Assembly (NCBI GenBank): GCA_000091205.1
Contig: AP006497.2
Length of the DNA: 64,000 nucleotides
Direction: 5' to 3' (one strand)
Origin: Cyanidioschyzon merolae
Taxonomy: Eukaryota
A model generated the notes under the pieces. It was not told the DNA's origin and made no database searches. It saw nothing but the letters and a program-made list of their open reading frames with translations. Position numbers and translations under genes: made by a program. How positions within the stretch are numbered: the first letter of the stretch is position 1; each line of letters begins with the position of its first letter. Below are positions 44,162 through 54,134 of this stretch, one piece after another.

Positions 44162-46282
44162 TCAGTGATTTCGCTCTTGTAGAGCCAACAGCATCCCGTA
44201 ACGGCTGTTCGATTCACGAAGAAGCTCCTCATGTGTGCCGTATTCGACAATCTCGCCATTCTCCATAACCGCAATGCGATCAGCATCTCGAACGCTTGAG
44301 AGACGATGAGCAATAAAAATAGTGGTTCGTGGGTACGCGCTTGATGCGAATAGCTCACGAAGACTCGAAAGAATATGAGTTTCATTTTCGGCATCGAGAG
44401 CGCTGTATGCTTCGTCGAGTATGAGAACACCCGGCTCGCGGTAAAGCGCCCTAGCGATAGCAAGGCGCTGCCGTTGCCCACCCGACAGATTTGAGCCACC
44501 TTCTCCAACCAGCGTTTCGTACCCTGCAGGCAGATCCTTCACAATGAAATCGTGTGCTTTTGCTAATTGGCAACAATATTCAACTTTCATGGGGTCCATT
44601 GGCAAGCCAAACGCAACGTTCTCCGCTACTGAGAAATTCAACATCGGTGCGTCCTGGGGCACCACGCAAACCTGTCGGCGAACATAGTCAAGCGGCATGG
44701 ATCGGATATCGACACCGTCCAGGTACACGAAACCGCGCTGTGGATCACACATGCGGCTCAATACAGCAATCAATGTTGATTTGCCGGCACCGCTTCCGCC
44801 AACGATGGCTACGCGCTCGCCTGGATGAACAGTCATCGTGACGCCACGCAGCACATATTCCGAATCTGGTGCATAGCGGAACCATACGTTCCGTACTTGG
44901 ATTTTTGATGCGGCTGGTTTGGGAATACTGGAGGTCTCTATTTGAGTACGCTTTTTGGGACGCAGGTTGATAACACGAAACACTCGTCTTGCCGACTCCT
45001 CGCCTTCTTTCACACTCCCCAGACCAGAGGCTATCCCTTGCACTGGCTCTATGAGAAATGCCACAGCGGCGATGAAGGAAACGAGCTCTTTCGGCTCGAG
45101 ATAACCCCAACTGATACAAAGTGCGCTTGCATAGAGCATTGTCAGGACTGTTATAGCGTAGCAAACAGATATAGCAGGTACAATCCCGGCTCGAATAAAA
45201 TGCATGCGGTTCTTTGCGAGAAGGAGCTCTTTCGCGAATGCTTCCAGTTTTGACGCAGCAAAATCCTGTGCTAAATACAACTGCAGGAGTTGCCGATTCC
45301 GAAAAGAGTCTGCAGTCGCTGCAGCGTACCGAGCGAACAGCTTCTGCGCCTGTCTTACATACTGGTCCAGTCTTCGTTCAAGAATCGCATAGACGACAGC
45401 CATGAGCGGTGCGGTACATAATATACACAGTGTCAAGGGCAGAGAAACATACAACATATAAGCAAGCATCACGACGAATTGGAGCACGCTGGGCGCAAGC
45501 GAGCGGAGAACGAGAAGCATGGCACTACCTACCCGCTCTATCTCCATGGTGGCTTGCATGGAAGCTTCACCAGAGTCTAGGGCGCCCTCCTCTAGACCGA
45601 AATCAAGGGCGGACGCAACATAACGCGCCCTGAGCGCGTCTTCGACAAAGTTGCATGTTCGGGATAGCCATACATCCTGACCAAACTGAGATGCTACCCG
45701 CAAAAGGAGCGCAACGCTGCAGCCGACCGCTAGTTGGCCCACGTTTGCCAACGAGCCGGCAGCCACGGCCGAGCTTAGACGCCCGAAGAGGCGAATAAGC
45801 CACAAAAGGGACGAACTCGACATAAGGGTGCATAGTCCCGAGAAAACAACCTCCTTTGTGTGTGTCCTGATCAAGCTAGCGAAAACCTGAGCCAATTGCC
45901 ACCGACCAAGGCTTTGAATACCTGCCCCAATAGCCGAGTCGCGGGAGATGCTTTGAAGTTGTGTCACACTGAGCTTTCGCAAGCGCTTTCTAGGAACGGC
46001 TACCACTTTCGGAGCCCTCCGTCCCAGAAAGCAAACGACAGGAGACACCAGATATCGCGACTGCTGACAGAGCTGATCGTTGCCACCATAGAACGCAACA
46101 CTACTCCATAAACTTGGAACGATGAAAGCTAGCGAGCGGCATTCTTGGACAAGGTGCCTTCCCCTTGCCATAGCTTTTGGACTACACCGTTGCTGCTGGC
46201 GTCTTCGACAGGGCGCACTGCGGGGCCACTGACCCGCACGGGCTCGACCGTCGAGATGGACGTGCTGCCGGGGTCGTCCCAA
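44162..46282 (-). CDS. ABC half-transporter (type I exporter: 6-TM domain plus NBD; ABCB ATM/MDL/TAP-like) with an N-terminal basic presequence
   Basis: Walker A GGSGAGKST, the ABC signature LSGGQRQRLAIARAL, Walker B ILDEAYSALD and the H-loop IAHRLS are present. An N-terminal transmembrane domain precedes them. Confidence 0.85.
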   Translation of the reverse strand: MGRPRQHVHLDGRARAGQWPRSAPCRRRQQQRCSPKAMARGRHLVQECRSLAFIVPSLWSSVAFYGGNDQLCQQSRYLVSPVVCFLGRRAPKVVAVPRKRLRKLSVTQLQSISRDSAIGAGIQSLGRWQLAQVFASLIRTHTKEVVFSGLCTLMSSSSLLWLIRLFGRLSSAVAAGSLANVGQLAVGCSVALLLRVASQFGQDVWLSRTCNFVEDALRARYVASALDFGLEEGALDSGEASMQATMEIERVGSAMLLVLRSLAPSVLQFVVMLAYMLYVSLPLTLCILCTAPLMAVVYAILERRLDQYVRQAQKLFARYAAATADSFRNRQLLQLYLAQDFAASKLEAFAKELLLAKNRMHFIRAGIVPAISVCYAITVLTMLYASALCISWGYLEPKELVSFIAAVAFLIEPVQGIASGLGSVKEGEESARRVFRVINLRPKKRTQIETSSIPKPAASKIQVRNVWFRYAPDSEYVLRGVTMTVHPGERVAIVGGSGAGKSTLIAVLSRMCDPQRGFVYLDGVDIRSMPLDYVRRQVCVVPQDAPMLNFSVAENVAFGLPMDPMKVEYCCQLAKAHDFIVKDLPAGYETLVGEGGSNLSGGQRQRLAIARALYREPGVLILDEAYSALDAENETHILSSLRELFASSAYPRTTIFIAHRLSSVRDADRIAVMENGEIVEYGTHEELLRESNSRYGMLLALQERNH

Positions 46283-46301
46283 CCTGCGCTAAACGCTCAC
46301 T

Positions 46302-47766
46302 CGTGTCATATTAACATGGAATACCGGACTGGTAGCTCCGTGCCTGCCTTTCTGTCTCTTTCCGGACCTTTTTTGGATGTACATCCTAGACATTCAAGGT
46401 GCAGCGACGGGGGATTACGGATTCATGCACAGTATCAGAGTTCGTGGTCGTCGTTTCAGAGCGGCTTTTTCGAGCTTTTGCCGCTGGAATCCGTTCCGCT
46501 ACGGGGTAGAAGATGACCCGCTGCGCCCTTGAGTAACGGTTCGTAAAACAAGCCGTGTCATTATCCACTGCATACGTAGAATCCTCCACTGTTCTCATTT
46601 CCGTACCTGCAGCATGCTAAAATCATACATGCTTAAAGTATTCGATCCGTTCGATTCATGGTGGTCCATGGGCGCAGCAATTCGCGCCTTTAGATAAACA
46701 ATGAAAAATGCGACTTCATTGCCGGACGACTTGTTAACAAGCCCATGCCAGAAGCTCATTGAAAATATCAAATGAAATAATTGATTCATTTGAAAATATA
46801 GATCGTTGTCTCTTTGTCATCATCGACGAAACGCAATTCGACACTAGCATAACGTTTGTTACGGGTTTTTCTTCCAGGATATCTCGCTCAACTGTTTGCG
46901 CGGAAAAGATTCTTGGACTTTGGGCATCGGAGCAATGGCTTCTAACTGAGCATGCGTTATCAACTTGCATAAAGGGAGCGAAGACGGATCGAATTTTTTC
47001 GACGTGATCATCATCCTGAATACTCCTTCTGGAACATGTTTCATCATAAACAATACAGTATGACGCAAATTCTCTACTTAATGGCGATACTTGCGCTCGC
47101 GCCCGCGAGGGATGGATTACTCGCCTTGGATTTCTCTTAGAACTAGCCCATGATCGTAGGATTCGGCTACGAGCACGGAAACGGCGGAGGACATGAAGCG
47201 AAGCCTTCTGGACCCGTCAGGAGCATCTACCAAGCCTTTCGTCGATAATTACAAAGAGACAACGATCTATATTTTCAAATGAATCAATTATTTCATTTGA
47301 TATTTTCAATGAGCTTCTGGCATGGGCTTGTTAACAAGTCGTCCGGCAATGAAGTCGCATTTTTCATTGTTTATCTAAAGGCGCGAATTGCTGCGCCCAT
47401 GGACCACCATGAATCGAACGGATCGAATACTTTAAGCATGTATGATTTTAGCATGCTGCAGGTACGGAAATGAGAACAGTGGAGGATTCTACGTATGCAG
47501 TGGATAATGACACGGCTTGTTTTACGAACCGTTACTCAAGGGCGCAGCGGGTCATCTTCTACCCCGTAGCGGAACGGATTCCAGCGGCAAAAGCTCGAAA
47601 AAGCCGCTCTGAAACGACGACCACGAACTCTGATACTGTGCATGAATCCGTAATCCCCCGTCGCTGCACCTTGAATGTCTAGGATGTACATCCAAAAAAG
47701 GTCCGGAAAGAGACAGAAAGGCAGGCACGGAGCTACCAGTCCGGTATTCCATGTTAATATGACACG
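46302..47766. mobile_element. Foldback/hairpin element: essentially identical ~530 bp inverted-repeat arms (46302..46833 and 47237..47766) around a ~400 bp spacer
   Basis: The six-frame ORFs in the left arm on the minus strand (70 aa and 64 aa) are letter-for-letter identical to ORFs in the right arm on the plus strand. The arms diverge just after atcgacgaaa on the inner side and before cgtgtcatattaacatgg on the outer side. Confidence 0.8.
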
Positions 47767-48453
47767 GGAGTACCAGCAGGCTATGGAAAGAACAAAGCGG
47801 CCCTAGTGCTTGGGCCCAGCATAGTCTGCCTTCGCGACAACAGCAAACCATCTCGCACGAACACGTATCGAGCCGTCACCTTCATGCTTAGCGCACTGAG
47901 TGATTTCCAGGCAATCTACTGACAGAATCGATGCAAGTCGGCTAGAACGGCGAATGGGTGAAATTACCATCAATGGATGCGCGTGACGCATGCCACTTAT
48001 CCAACAGGTATCTTTTTGAAACTTCCATAATCTATAGCAGACTTGCACCAGCGCAGGGAACGACGAAGGCTCTCCGACGGCTTTCGAGGTGCTGTTGCCT
48101 GGACGCGGTAGGTGCATGCCGGTTCGCATCCTGCTAACCAAACTTCCGGATCAGAAGCGATCCAGCATTAGAGACACGACACAGCTCCGAACACATCTGT
48201 GATGCATCACAGCGTCTGCACCTGTTCACAGCCCATGATCAGCTTCCGCTGAGAGACTCACCACTCGGTGACAGGTAGCTAATGCATTCGTCCGATGCAT
48301 CTTGCGATCACGTGTACGACGCGGTTTTGGAATCTCTCTAGAGGTCCGCAGCACTGCAAAACACGCTCCGTGCAGGTTCAACACGGCACTGCTGACCATT
48401 TTTCTTGTGGAATTTCGTGAACGCAAGCTTGTAGGCGCAGCCCGGCCGCTCTA

Positions 48454-49119
48454 TCATTCCCTCAGCATCTCAACCGTGAAGCATACTGCAGCTGAGACGG
48501 TGCCCACAACAGCACTTGCTGCGAGAAAATAGCCAGCACTCCCGGGGCGCAGTTGAGCTCCATTCGAAGACGAGTGCAGCGCAAGCCGATTCCTCAAAGC
48601 GATGAATAGCCACTTCATCCAGAGCGTCGAGATCCCGCTGGCTGTTCCAGCTGCGGCTGCTATCAGGCGCGGATTCCGTAGCTGTTCAACCGTAGAGAGT
48701 TTCTCTAAAACATGCCCAGAGGAGTGATCGAGGATCTTATCCGTCCAGATCGCGCTCTGGCGGTCCAGGAAACAGTATATTCCATAATACTGGGCAGTGA
48801 AGACGCCAAATTCCGCTGCACGTCCGATCGCACTGACAAAAATCATACTCATATACAAGTGTGACGGGTACGCAAAAGGTCTCGGTACTCGAAACTGCCA
48901 TAGGTGTCTCCAGTCGAGAGCCTTTCCCCACGCCGTGTTCGTGCAGTCCCGCACGCTGTTGTCCACGTGGGCAGTATCAGAGCGGTGGGAGCCCCAGACT
49001 CGGTGTACCCCAACAATGGCGCCCCAAGCGAGGCCCAGAGGAACGCCTTTCAGCGCTCCGTCGAGTACCTGAGAGGTACAAGACCAGTCTGGTTTGCGAG
49101 TCCTTACTGGCTCCGCCAT
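48454..49119 (-). CDS. Hypothetical small membrane protein with Gly/Ala-zipper helices (possibly Tim17/Tim22/OEP16-like)
   Basis: This 221 aa ORF contains several G/A-rich hydrophobic segments (LGLAWGAIVGV, AAAAGTASGI, AASAVVGTVSAAV). The assignment is weak and rests only on composition. Confidence 0.3.
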   Translation of the reverse strand: MAEPVRTRKPDWSCTSQVLDGALKGVPLGLAWGAIVGVHRVWGSHRSDTAHVDNSVRDCTNTAWGKALDWRHLWQFRVPRPFAYPSHLYMSMIFVSAIGRAAEFGVFTAQYYGIYCFLDRQSAIWTDKILDHSSGHVLEKLSTVEQLRNPRLIAAAAGTASGISTLWMKWLFIALRNRLALHSSSNGAQLRPGSAGYFLAASAVVGTVSAAVCFTVEMLRE

Positions 49120-49435
49120 GGGACCCGATCAGAGACCAACACCCGCAGCAAAACTGCCATTGCAGTCTCGGCCTGTGAGCCACAAAAAGCAAACGGTGCT
49201 GAGCGTTTCGCTGCCCTTATGCAACAGAGACGTCACCGCTACCCCTTTAGCCTCGCAGGTTGCTCTCTGGTAGATACCCACTCAAACGTACTAGGCCGCA
49301 GCTTGCTCACGAAACCAGTGAAGCGTCCTGCATCGCGCAGGTACCTGCTTCTGACAAGCGCTCGACGCGAAAAATTTTCATGCGTTGCTTGATGGACGAG
49401 GACGTTGCTGAGACAGTCTCTGCCAGTGGAGCCGG

Positions 49436-52054
49436 GTGCGTTCTCGGGGATTTCGGGGCGTTTGGGGAAGATCGTACCAAGTTTTGGGAATGCCACAGCC
49501 ATCCGAGTTAAGTAAACTTGGAAAGGGCAGCTGCCAGCCAAAGCCCCCCGCGGGACTTGCGTTTGTGGCCTTGGGACTGGACGCTAGACGCATAGTAAGA
49601 GCGCTGGTACACTGCGGCTACCGCGAACCCACTCCAATCCAGCGCAAAGTGATACCTCTGATTTTGTCTGGAAGGGATGTGGTTGCCATGGCCCGCACCG
49701 GTTCTGGAAAGACAGCTGCCTTCTTAGTGCCGCTGATCCAGCGCATAGCGCTCCATCCGACGCAGTGCGTCGGTGTCCGCGGGCTCGTGCTATCACCCAC
49801 GAGAGAGCTGGCTCTACAGACCTTCAAGTTTTTATGCGAATATGCAAAATATGCAAGGTTGCGGGCAGCGCTTCTCATCGGCGGAGAGTCACTGGAAGCA
49901 CAGTTCGCCGCACTTGCGCAAAATCCCGAGGTTTTGGTCGCGACTCCTGGTCGCCTGCTGCAGGTGCTTGACCAAGTTCCTCACTTTTCTTTGAAGCTAT
50001 TGGAAATAATCGTTCTCGACGAGGCCGATCGCTTGTGGGAAGGCAATTTGGCCAGTGAATCGAGGCGAATACTCGACATGCTGCGGGGTACACCGCAGGT
50101 TGAGAACGTGTCGGGCCTGAACGTTGCTGCTCAGACACAGAAAGTGCTGGTATCGGCGACATTACCAAAAGATCTCGCAAACTTTTCGCAGATGGTCCTC
50201 TCATCGCCTGCATTTGTGCGGCTTGATGAGGAAAAATTGCTCTCCGAAGCTGTGGAGACCGGCTATATTTTCTGCAGGCAGGAAGAAAAGATCGCTGCTC
50301 TGATCCATGTACTGCGCACGCTCTTAGCGTCCAGCAAACGGATTTTAGTATTTTTTGCCACGAAACATCATGCGGCATATGCACATAGGCTCTTATCTAG
50401 GTATGAAAATTGGCCAGTCGCTTGTATTCACGGTGGGATGGACCAAATATGCAGAAAGAGGACCCTAGAGGAGTTCAGAAAGAAGGAACAAGTCTCACTT
50501 TTCGTGACAGATGTGGCAGCGCGCGGGCTCGATTTACCACAGCTGGACGTGGTGATCAATTTCCATTTCCCACCAAGCCCGAAACTATTTGTGCACCGCT
50601 GTGGACGAGTCGGTAGACGCGGACGCAAAGGGTGGTGCTGGTCTCTCGTGTCGACAGATGAAGTACCATATATGCTCGACGTGTGGTTGTTCGCCAACGA
50701 CGGGAAATCTTTTGCCTTCCGAGAATCCAGTGAAGAGTGCCCCGTGGATGTCGGTAACCGCGGGTACGTGCGGGACCTTAGATCCCAGAACGTCGGTCGC
50801 GTGTCCTCTGCCATTTGCCAAAGTATTGCAGAGCGTATACAGAGGGCCGAAATGGAAGATGCAGAGCTGCAATCGCTCCATCAGAGTTGCGTCCGTGCCT
50901 ATGATCTGTACCGAAGAACGAGGATCAAAGCATCCGGAAGCTCTGTTGTGCGTGCACGACATCTTCGTAATGAGTACTGGAGCCACGTGTCGATTCACCC
51001 GATTTTTTCCTCTGCGACTGCTCAAGAGGAAACGCCTGCACAGGAGCAGGCTGGGAGAGTGGTCCAAGTTCCAAACAGTGACGGCCCGGAGACAAAACGA
51101 AGCGAAGTGCTCCGGGATATTCACTGCTGGCGACCACGTGCGCCCGTTTGTAACGTGCAGCAGACAATATCCGGCCATCACGCATTGCTTCGCACTGCCT
51201 CAGGTCCGGGACCTCGTCTTAATGAAACTATCTGCCGGGAGACTGAGGCCAATGATACAACCACGGCGCCTAGCAGTACCGCTGCTTTGGACGAAGCAGC
51301 CGCGATTTCTGTGGACTGTGGACAGAGCGATGCCTCGTCCGCTGATCGAATAGAATCGAACACAAGAGAGAAGCCTCGCCAGCGGAAGCGTGCTCGTGAG
51401 GCGCTGCTGCAGCGGGAGCACACGTTCGCCGTTCCAGCAGAACCTCCTGCCTCGACAGTTACGGATCGGATCCGGGCGGCCTTTCTGCAGCTGGATCAGA
51501 GTACGGACGTCGATCCGAAGAAAAATGACAACAGTGCTAGTGGCGTTGGAGGATTGGGAGCATCTGTTTCTCGCCGATCATCCAGCCTACAATGGGACTT
51601 CCGTCGTAAGAAATTCATTCGAACAACGTCACAGAATGGAAATATCAACGATATTCGGGTTCGGCGAAGACTGCGTCGAAAGTTTTCAGAGGAGAAGAAA
51701 CAAAAGAATGCCACCCGAGATACCGTTACAGCCTATGAAAGATGGACACAGAAAACACAAGCCTACATTCAGCAAACAGGAGCTTTGCCTAGATCATCCA
51801 TATCAACGCTAGCGCTCCAGACTGTGCGCAAACCTGATTATCGCAGCAAGCAGAAAAAGAGCTCGCGGTGGCGTTCGCGACATGCTCCACTTGGGCTTCA
51901 TATCGACACAGAAGTGATGCCGAGCTCCGCGCAGATGATCTCAAACCGAGCTGTAACGCGCTCTCTTCCTGAAATTCGGAAGCATAGGAAACGCAAGGCC
52001 GTGATTCAACATATTCAGCGAAAGATCGGGAAACCAAGCCGTTCGAGAAAGTAG
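49436..52054 (+). CDS. DEAD-box ATP-dependent RNA helicase, DDX54/Dbp10-like
   Basis: The Q-motif/motif I region PTPIQRKVIPLILSGRDVVAMARTGSGKTAAFLVPLIQRI closely matches Dbp10/DDX54. PTRELA, LDEADRLW (DEAD), SAT, ARGLDLP and HRCGRVGRRGRKG are also present. A long basic C-terminal extension follows. Confidence 0.85.
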   Translation: MRSRGFRGVWGRSYQVLGMPQPSELSKLGKGSCQPKPPAGLAFVALGLDARRIVRALVHCGYREPTPIQRKVIPLILSGRDVVAMARTGSGKTAAFLVPLIQRIALHPTQCVGVRGLVLSPTRELALQTFKFLCEYAKYARLRAALLIGGESLEAQFAALAQNPEVLVATPGRLLQVLDQVPHFSLKLLEIIVLDEADRLWEGNLASESRRILDMLRGTPQVENVSGLNVAAQTQKVLVSATLPKDLANFSQMVLSSPAFVRLDEEKLLSEAVETGYIFCRQEEKIAALIHVLRTLLASSKRILVFFATKHHAAYAHRLLSRYENWPVACIHGGMDQICRKRTLEEFRKKEQVSLFVTDVAARGLDLPQLDVVINFHFPPSPKLFVHRCGRVGRRGRKGWCWSLVSTDEVPYMLDVWLFANDGKSFAFRESSEECPVDVGNRGYVRDLRSQNVGRVSSAICQSIAERIQRAEMEDAELQSLHQSCVRAYDLYRRTRIKASGSSVVRARHLRNEYWSHVSIHPIFSSATAQEETPAQEQAGRVVQVPNSDGPETKRSEVLRDIHCWRPRAPVCNVQQTISGHHALLRTASGPGPRLNETICRETEANDTTTAPSSTAALDEAAAISVDCGQSDASSADRIESNTREKPRQRKRAREALLQREHTFAVPAEPPASTVTDRIRAAFLQLDQSTDVDPKKNDNSASGVGGLGASVSRRSSSLQWDFRRKKFIRTTSQNGNINDIRVRRRLRRKFSEEKKQKNATRDTVTAYERWTQKTQAYIQQTGALPRSSISTLALQTVRKPDYRSKQKKSSRWRSRHAPLGLHIDTEVMPSSAQMISNRAVTRSLPEIRKHRKRKAVIQHIQRKIGKPSRSRK

Positions 52055-52515
52055 GGAGCGCATCCTGCGACAGCATGGACGAAACTGCAGATCAGAACAT
52101 GCCGGGAACGTCTTTCCCAGCAATGAAACTTTAGAGCATAGATGCCATACATGCACCACTTAGATAGCCTGCGGCAAATCCGATGTGGCAGTCTGCCCCT
52201 GAAAGCACATGAATGGAGCCAACCTGTTTGCGGGCGGACTGGGATATTCCGCAGACGAATCCCCGGAATTTTTCCACGTTGCCTAGTGCCGCAATGCCAC
52301 AAGGCGGGTGTGTCTGAGCGGAGCTCGATGCATGAATTGTGACGCTGCAGCTAGTGACTTGGATGGAATACGTTAATCTGCCCGGATAATGCCATCTACC
52401 GTTCATGTTTGCATCGATTCGATCCTTGGATATCCTTGCAGACCGCAAACCTGTATCCGCCATAAAGCTCATGTTTTGGTCATCCTGAGACCTCTCCGCG
52501 ACTGCCGTCAGCGCA

Positions 52516-54051
52516 CTAGAACGATCCTCTCCCCAGCGACTGCAGTAAGCTCATGGCTCCGTCCTTGTTTTCCCCAATGATCAGTATCGTCACGAAGATA
52601 ACGGCAAGCAGCACGCCTACGAGTAACTCTCTTTCAGAACCCGATTCCCTGGATTGCCCGGCTTGGTTTAAATTACGCAACTTTCGAATGATACACATGA
52701 CTTCATCATCGCCTGGTTGTCTGTTTTCGTACTGCGTTTGATCAAGGGTCCCAACTTTGGTGTACACAATTTTGGACCTTTCTTGCATGGCTCGTTGCCA
52801 GCTGGCTGGGTGCAGCCTGGTCGGCGAGCATGCGAAAACATTCCAGTTTTCACCAAATGAACGTATGAGCACACCGTGCTCTACAGCGATGAGATCCGGC
52901 CGCAAAATCTCCACAATTGGCTCCATGAAGAAGCCGATCTGGAAACTATACAGAAACTGCCGTCTCCTGTCAATTTCGCGGATCGACAACGTGACATTAT
53001 CAGCCTGATCCTCGAGGTATGGATTCAAGAGAATCCAGATAACTTGAAAGTCGCGTCCTGGTCCATGTGATGAGACAACATCCAGCGCCTGCATCTGTTG
53101 CTGGATCAGGTTTTCAAGCCGCGGGATCGCCGAGTCACCGCGAAGATTTCTTGGTTCAACGATGATGATGAAACCTCTCCACGTCGCTGATTTCTTGGAC
53201 AGAAGCTCACTAGCGTCCCATGTAGCATTTGCAGACTCCTCTCCAAAACAAGAAAACTTTGCCGATGCCTCTCCGCAAGGCGTGACGTCGCCCAGTTCAT
53301 CGAAAAGACTTTTGGCCGCGTTCGCCTTACCTGCTGAAGAAAACACCAGTCTTACTTCGTTCAACTCATCACCTATTGAATAAAAATTCGTGGCGGTCAA
53401 TTTTTGGGCAAATGCGTAGGTCAAAGCGAAAAGAAGCGTTTCCGAGTACGGCACCGTTGTTTCAAGTTTCTCGTTAATGCCAGGCAGAGCAACGACACAC
53501 CTCAGACGTGTGCAACCGGCATTAACAGCCTTGAGGATCGAGTCACTGAGTGTTTCAACTGTGTTCTCCAGGTCCAACGGAGGCTGCGCATCCGTAGAGA
53601 GTACAGAGGAACCCAGCAGCCCACGAGCACCCGAAGCGCCTTGCGACCCGTCCAGCCCCTGAAACGCAGTAGTCTTGTGGGCCAAGCCTGGTGCCCCGCG
53701 ACGCTGTTTGTCTGCGAACGGCGCTCTTCGTGGGAACACAACCCGGTGCTCTGGTCTGTGTCCACGAGCTCCAGCGAGTCTTCGCCTGAGCCTCCTGAAC
53801 GAGACAAAGGTTGGGTTGAAACTGGTACAGTCTACACTGAGGCTAGAAAGGAAGCATGATGCACCAGCTTGCACGTGACTGTACCCGTTTACGAGCATAG
53901 ACACAGCCGGTTCGGATTCTGAACCCTTGGAGATTCTTGTGTACTTGCGGCATCTCGGGGAAACGGGATCGATGAGCTTGCGGCAGAGGCAGTTTTGCAC
54001 AGATGGAAATAATTGTATCAATAGGCACATGAACCAAAAGAATTCGCACAC
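52516..54051 (-). CDS. Hypothetical protein (511 aa) with a single C-terminal transmembrane helix
   Basis: This long ORF has coding-like composition but no recognisable catalytic motif. It has a C-terminal hydrophobic helix LLVGVLLAVIFVTILII. Confidence 0.35.
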   Translation of the reverse strand: MCEFFWFMCLLIQLFPSVQNCLCRKLIDPVSPRCRKYTRISKGSESEPAVSMLVNGYSHVQAGASCFLSSLSVDCTSFNPTFVSFRRLRRRLAGARGHRPEHRVVFPRRAPFADKQRRGAPGLAHKTTAFQGLDGSQGASGARGLLGSSVLSTDAQPPLDLENTVETLSDSILKAVNAGCTRLRCVVALPGINEKLETTVPYSETLLFALTYAFAQKLTATNFYSIGDELNEVRLVFSSAGKANAAKSLFDELGDVTPCGEASAKFSCFGEESANATWDASELLSKKSATWRGFIIIVEPRNLRGDSAIPRLENLIQQQMQALDVVSSHGPGRDFQVIWILLNPYLEDQADNVTLSIREIDRRRQFLYSFQIGFFMEPIVEILRPDLIAVEHGVLIRSFGENWNVFACSPTRLHPASWQRAMQERSKIVYTKVGTLDQTQYENRQPGDDEVMCIIRKLRNLNQAGQSRESGSERELLVGVLLAVIFVTILIIGENKDGAMSLLQSLGRGSF

Positions 54052-54134
54052 GCGTCCGCTTGACTAGAAACGCCTCGCTTTATTACGCTTGGCTTTCAAG
54101 ACGTTGCCCGGTGTGCTTTGAACACTTCTTCGCA

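Noticed and set aside
44030-44230. A ~35-bp imperfect direct duplication (atcaacaatttcgctcccgaagagccaacca / atcagtgatttcgctcttgtagagccaacagca) near the ABC transporter 3' end
   Set aside because: It is too short and degenerate to interpret. It is probably a local slippage duplication in the 3' flank.
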